Translations under genes and position numbers: made by a program
Notes under the pieces: generated by a model
Databases searched by the model: none
What the model saw: the letters and a program-made list of their open reading frames with translations, nothing else
Told to the model about the DNA's origin: nothing
In this document: piece by piece, positions 60,320 through 64,000 of the stretch
Layout: every line of letters begins with the position of its first letter
How positions within the stretch are numbered: the stretch's first letter is position 1
From: Squalus acanthias
Taxonomy: Eukaryota
Length of the DNA: 64,000 bases
Direction of reading: 5' to 3'
NCBI GenBank assembly: GCA_030390025.1
Contig: CM059432.1
Coordinates: 116,004,001-116,068,000 of the forward strand

Positions 60320-61699
60320 ATCGCTGTAACATAAAAATGTGGGATTCTCAGTTATCGGTCAGTCAGTTTCCATTATCCAGCCAGGAGTCTCCTCCATTAC
60401 AGCAGATAACAGGAGGTCCACTGTAGCACTACTTACCCTGCAGCACTTGCTTAACAATGGGAACCTGCTGCCTTGTCAGAACTTCAGTTGTGCATTTGCA
60501 GTGATTGGTCTTCATCAAGGGTAACTATTACAAATTTGCGCTCCAGAGCGTCACCCACTAGGAGTTCATACCGGGACTTTGGGTGCAGAGTTCAGCGTGC
60601 CCTGCAGGGTTTTTGTGGGCAGAAGGGAATTTCTGTACAATCGCCCCCACATAGCCCCTTACATTAAATATAACTAATTTACAGGGATATCCACAATTCT
60701 AATTATGGACATCTGGAAGCATCCTGTAGTGATTTTGATCATTCGTGCAGTCAATATCTAGTGCCACAAGGAGTCACTGTTCAGTGCAATTACACTCGTT
60801 TCACTGTAGATGTAGTTTTCTCAGTATTCAAAGACCTCTAACTTACTGGGGTTAGTAGAGTTTAAAGGGAAAAAAATCTCAACAAGAGACGCATGGTAGC
60901 ATTACACCGTATATTGGGCTAAGTTACATTGAGTTGAGGCAAAACAACTGCAATTTACAATTTAAAAACCAAGATTCTAGATGTCGAATCGGTTGGACAC
61001 GCAGGTGGTTCTGACGGCGCTCTGCCGGTTGTACTGCAGCCGTGCGGCCAGCAGGCCAGTCCGCCCGCATGTACAGCGGGACCTGGCGAGAGGAGAGCAG
61101 AGGACGGAGAGCTCGAGCCGGGGATCTGTGCTCAGCGACTGGCGTGTCTCTCTCCCCCTTCTCAGCGAGCGGTGGCCTGGGCTCCGCGGCAGCTGCCACA
61201 GATGTTCGGGGGTGGGGGTGGGGGGGAAACATAGGTTCGTGTCAGGACCAGAGCCACCAGTTTGTTCAGCTCGATGCCACCTTTACACGACGTGTATTTT
61301 TCTTTTTTTTTTTAAATCCCGAAGTTATTTATGGCGGATCCCCTGAATCCCTCTACCCCCGGTTGAAAACCCCTGATGTAAACTACTGTTGCAACAGACA
61401 TTCTGTATGTCAAGTCTAAAATCCTGAGTGCAGGCACTCTTAGGCTCCATTTATTTCCTATGGAGTACTACAACAGATTTAATTGATATGGTAACTGTAC
61501 CATTTGGAAGTTCAGTTAGCTTCCCTTTCAAAACACTTGTGTTAGTGCTATGGCCCAACGCGTGCAGAGTTGTTCTGAAACTCTAGCAATTCACATTGCA
61601 AAGGACTTGATATGGTACAAGATAACAATCCATACAGGTGGAGAGCAGAATGGTTAGCAACATCTCAACTGATCTTCAAGTTAATTGTAGGCAACACTT

Positions 61700-62424
61700 T
61701 TTTTTTTTTTAAGTATTCGTTCATTGGATGTGGGCATCGCTGGCAAGGCCAGCATTTATTGCCCATCCCTAATTGCCCTCGAGAAGGTGGTGGTGAGCCG
61801 CCTTCTTGAACCGCTGCAGTCTGTGTGGTGAAGGTACTCCCACAGTGCTGTTAGGGAGGGAGTTCCAGGATTTTGACCCAGCGACGATGAAGGAACGGCG
61901 ATATACTTCCAGGGCAGGATGGTGTGTGACTTGGAGGGGGAACTTGGAGGTGGTGGTGTTCCCATGCTCCTGCTGCCCTTGTCCCTCTAGGTGGAAGAGG
62001 TTGCGGGTTTGGGAGGTGCTGCCGAAGAAGCCTTGGCGAGTTGCTGCAGTGCATCTTGTAGATGGTACACACTGCAGCCACGGTACGCCGGTGGTGGAGG
62101 GAGTGAATGTTTAAGGTGGTGGATGGAGTGCCAATCAAGTGGGCTGCTTTGTCCTGGATGGTGTCGAGCTGCTTGAGTGTTGTTGGAGCTACACTCATCC
62201 AGGCAAGTGGAAAGTATTCCATCACACTCCTGACTTGTGCCTTGTAGATGGTGGAAAGGCTTTGGGGAGTCAGGAGGTGAGACACTCGCCGCAGAATACC
62301 CAGCCTCTGACCTGCTCTTGTTGCCACAGTATTTATGTGGCTGGTCCAGTTAAGTTTCTGGTCAATGGTGACCCCCAGGATGTTGATGGTGGGGGATTCG
62401 GCGATGGTAATGCCGTTGAATGTC
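61700..62424 (-). mobile_element. LINE family B 3' fragment with A-rich tail
   Basis: YKAQVRSVMEY, IQDKAA. Confidence 0.9.
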
Positions 62425-62720
62425 TTGGTAGTGAATTTTAGTAATTAGTGCAATTACAATGCACACAGGCTCCATATGTGCAATAAATATAAAGAAAATA
62501 TTTGATAAAAACCACTAATACTGCAACCTGTAACTGCATCATTCAGATCCAAGTTGCCCCAATTGTTAGATCTGCTTTCTCACCACCCCAGGGGGGGGAA
62601 AAAACCATGGACAAATTAGTACAACTTTAATTACAGGATACGAATGTTTGTGCAGGTATTAGCATTTTATGGTTGCTGTAAATACAGAATAAGTTTTCCA
62701 AGTGGATCCCTTCCACCAAC

Positions 62721-62862
62721 CTGTTTTCATTGCATTCCTGCCAGCTCTATAGTGGGGATGGTTAAAGTCCGACAGCCAGGCCTTTGCACCATGACCCATG
62801 TACACCTTCAGTGTGTTGGGACTTCCATAGTCAGCAAACACTTTTTTGACGTAATTCACAAC
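62721..62862 (-). CDS. CNDP2: CNDP2 (cytosolic non-specific dipeptidase, M20A) third-last coding exon, 142 nt
   Basis: Translates [47 protein letters not shown], matching the recalled CNDP2 motif [22 protein letters not shown].AMKT. Acceptor ttgatattcag, donor G|gttggt, phase 0 to 1. Confidence 0.93.
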
Positions 62863-63664
62863 CTGAATATCAAAATGAAGAAAAAGGTGGACGGGGGCTT
62901 GAAAACTGTGATCTCATACAGCGCTACACAGAAAACATCCAATCCCTCTGTGATTTACAGTCCAAAATGATCGGCAATTAGGTCCCATTTTGTCACTCAG
63001 CATGAGATTTAACATATGGACAACATGACTCCCAAAACATGTTCCTAAAAAAAAACTATTAAGCATTAATCCTTCAGACAATAAAGGTCGTTCACCTCAC
63101 TGCTGCGTGTGACCTACCAGTGCATAAATTGGCTTCCTCATTTGCTTACAAAACAACAGTGACTGCACTTCAAAAAGTAATTAATTGGCTATAATGTACT
63201 TTGGGTCGTCCGGAGGATGTGAAAGGTGCTATATTAATACAAGTGCATTCTTTTCAAAAGATACTGGAATAGCAGAGGATTACAAGCAAACTACCTGAAA
63301 CTTTGTTCAGCCGTCTCCACATGACGGAGGTGAATGAAGGTGCGTTCTATGTTGATACTACCCATTAGTACGGAGAGAAGACAAAGCATTCATGATCCCA
63401 AACAGAATAATAGCTGTGCACATCACAACAGAACTGCAGGATATTGGCTTCTCCAGGTTTTATCCCACAATCAGAAGGTTAAATTAACACAGCAATCCAC
63501 CCTTGGGTTGCAAATTACTAACAAGGTGCTGAACCTTCACTCTTGCACTTTACAACATCAACTGAATCTCTTGATTGGAGCATTGCTATTCAACCCATTC
63601 CCACTTTTAATAGGGACATAGAAACAGGAATAGTCATTCAGCCCATCGAGCGTGTTTTTAAAAA

Positions 63665-63920
63665 TTCATTCTTGGGATATGGGAGTTGAGCAAGGCCAGC
63701 ATTTATTGCCCATTCCTGGTTGTCCTTTAGAACGTGGTGGTGAACCACAGTCCGTGTTGTGCTGGTACTTCCACAGTGCTGTTAGGGAGGGAGTTCCAGG
63801 ATTTTGACCCAGCAATGATGAAAGAACATAGATGATATATGCCCAAGTCAGGATGGTGTGCGACTTGGAGGGGAACTCGGAGGTGATTGTGTTCCTGTGT
63901 GCCTGTTGCCCTTGTTGTTC
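63665..63920 (-). mobile_element. LINE family B 3' remnant
   Basis: GSKSWNSLPNSTV. Confidence 0.8.
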
Positions 63921-64000
63921 CATTCAATTAGATCATGGCTAATTTGTACCTCAACTCCATATCTCTGGATACCATTACCTAATAAAAATCTATTGATCTC

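Noticed and set aside
60990..61377. CpG-rich patch in a CNDP2 intron as promoter or ORF
   Set aside because: Ends in GGTTGAAAACCCCTG, a hAT-like terminus; probably a DNA transposon fragment, and I did not find the other TIR.

Overview
Repeat-dense vertebrate genomic DNA, most likely from a shark or other elasmobranch (inferred from HE1-type V-SINE, Deu-domain SINE and CR1/L2 content). The right end holds the last three coding exons of CNDP2 on the minus strand (62862 to 57694). Downstream on the same strand, across about 53 kb, are scattered exon-like remnants with stops and frameshifts that read KIND - coiled coil - REM - CDC25 RasGEF, which suggests an eroded KNDC1/very-KIND-like gene. Three full-length two-gene PIF/Harbinger transposons (spliced Myb/SANT gene convergent with a HARBI1-type transposase) are present, and the one at 19607-24571 is a single base from intact. 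Five Harbinger MITE copies share a covarying internal hairpin. There is also an env-bearing LTR element, a 15-kb nested TE stack, a CR1 with a 5' inversion, and many LINE, SINE and MITE fragments. Family and homology calls come from motif recognition and recalled sequences, not database searches.
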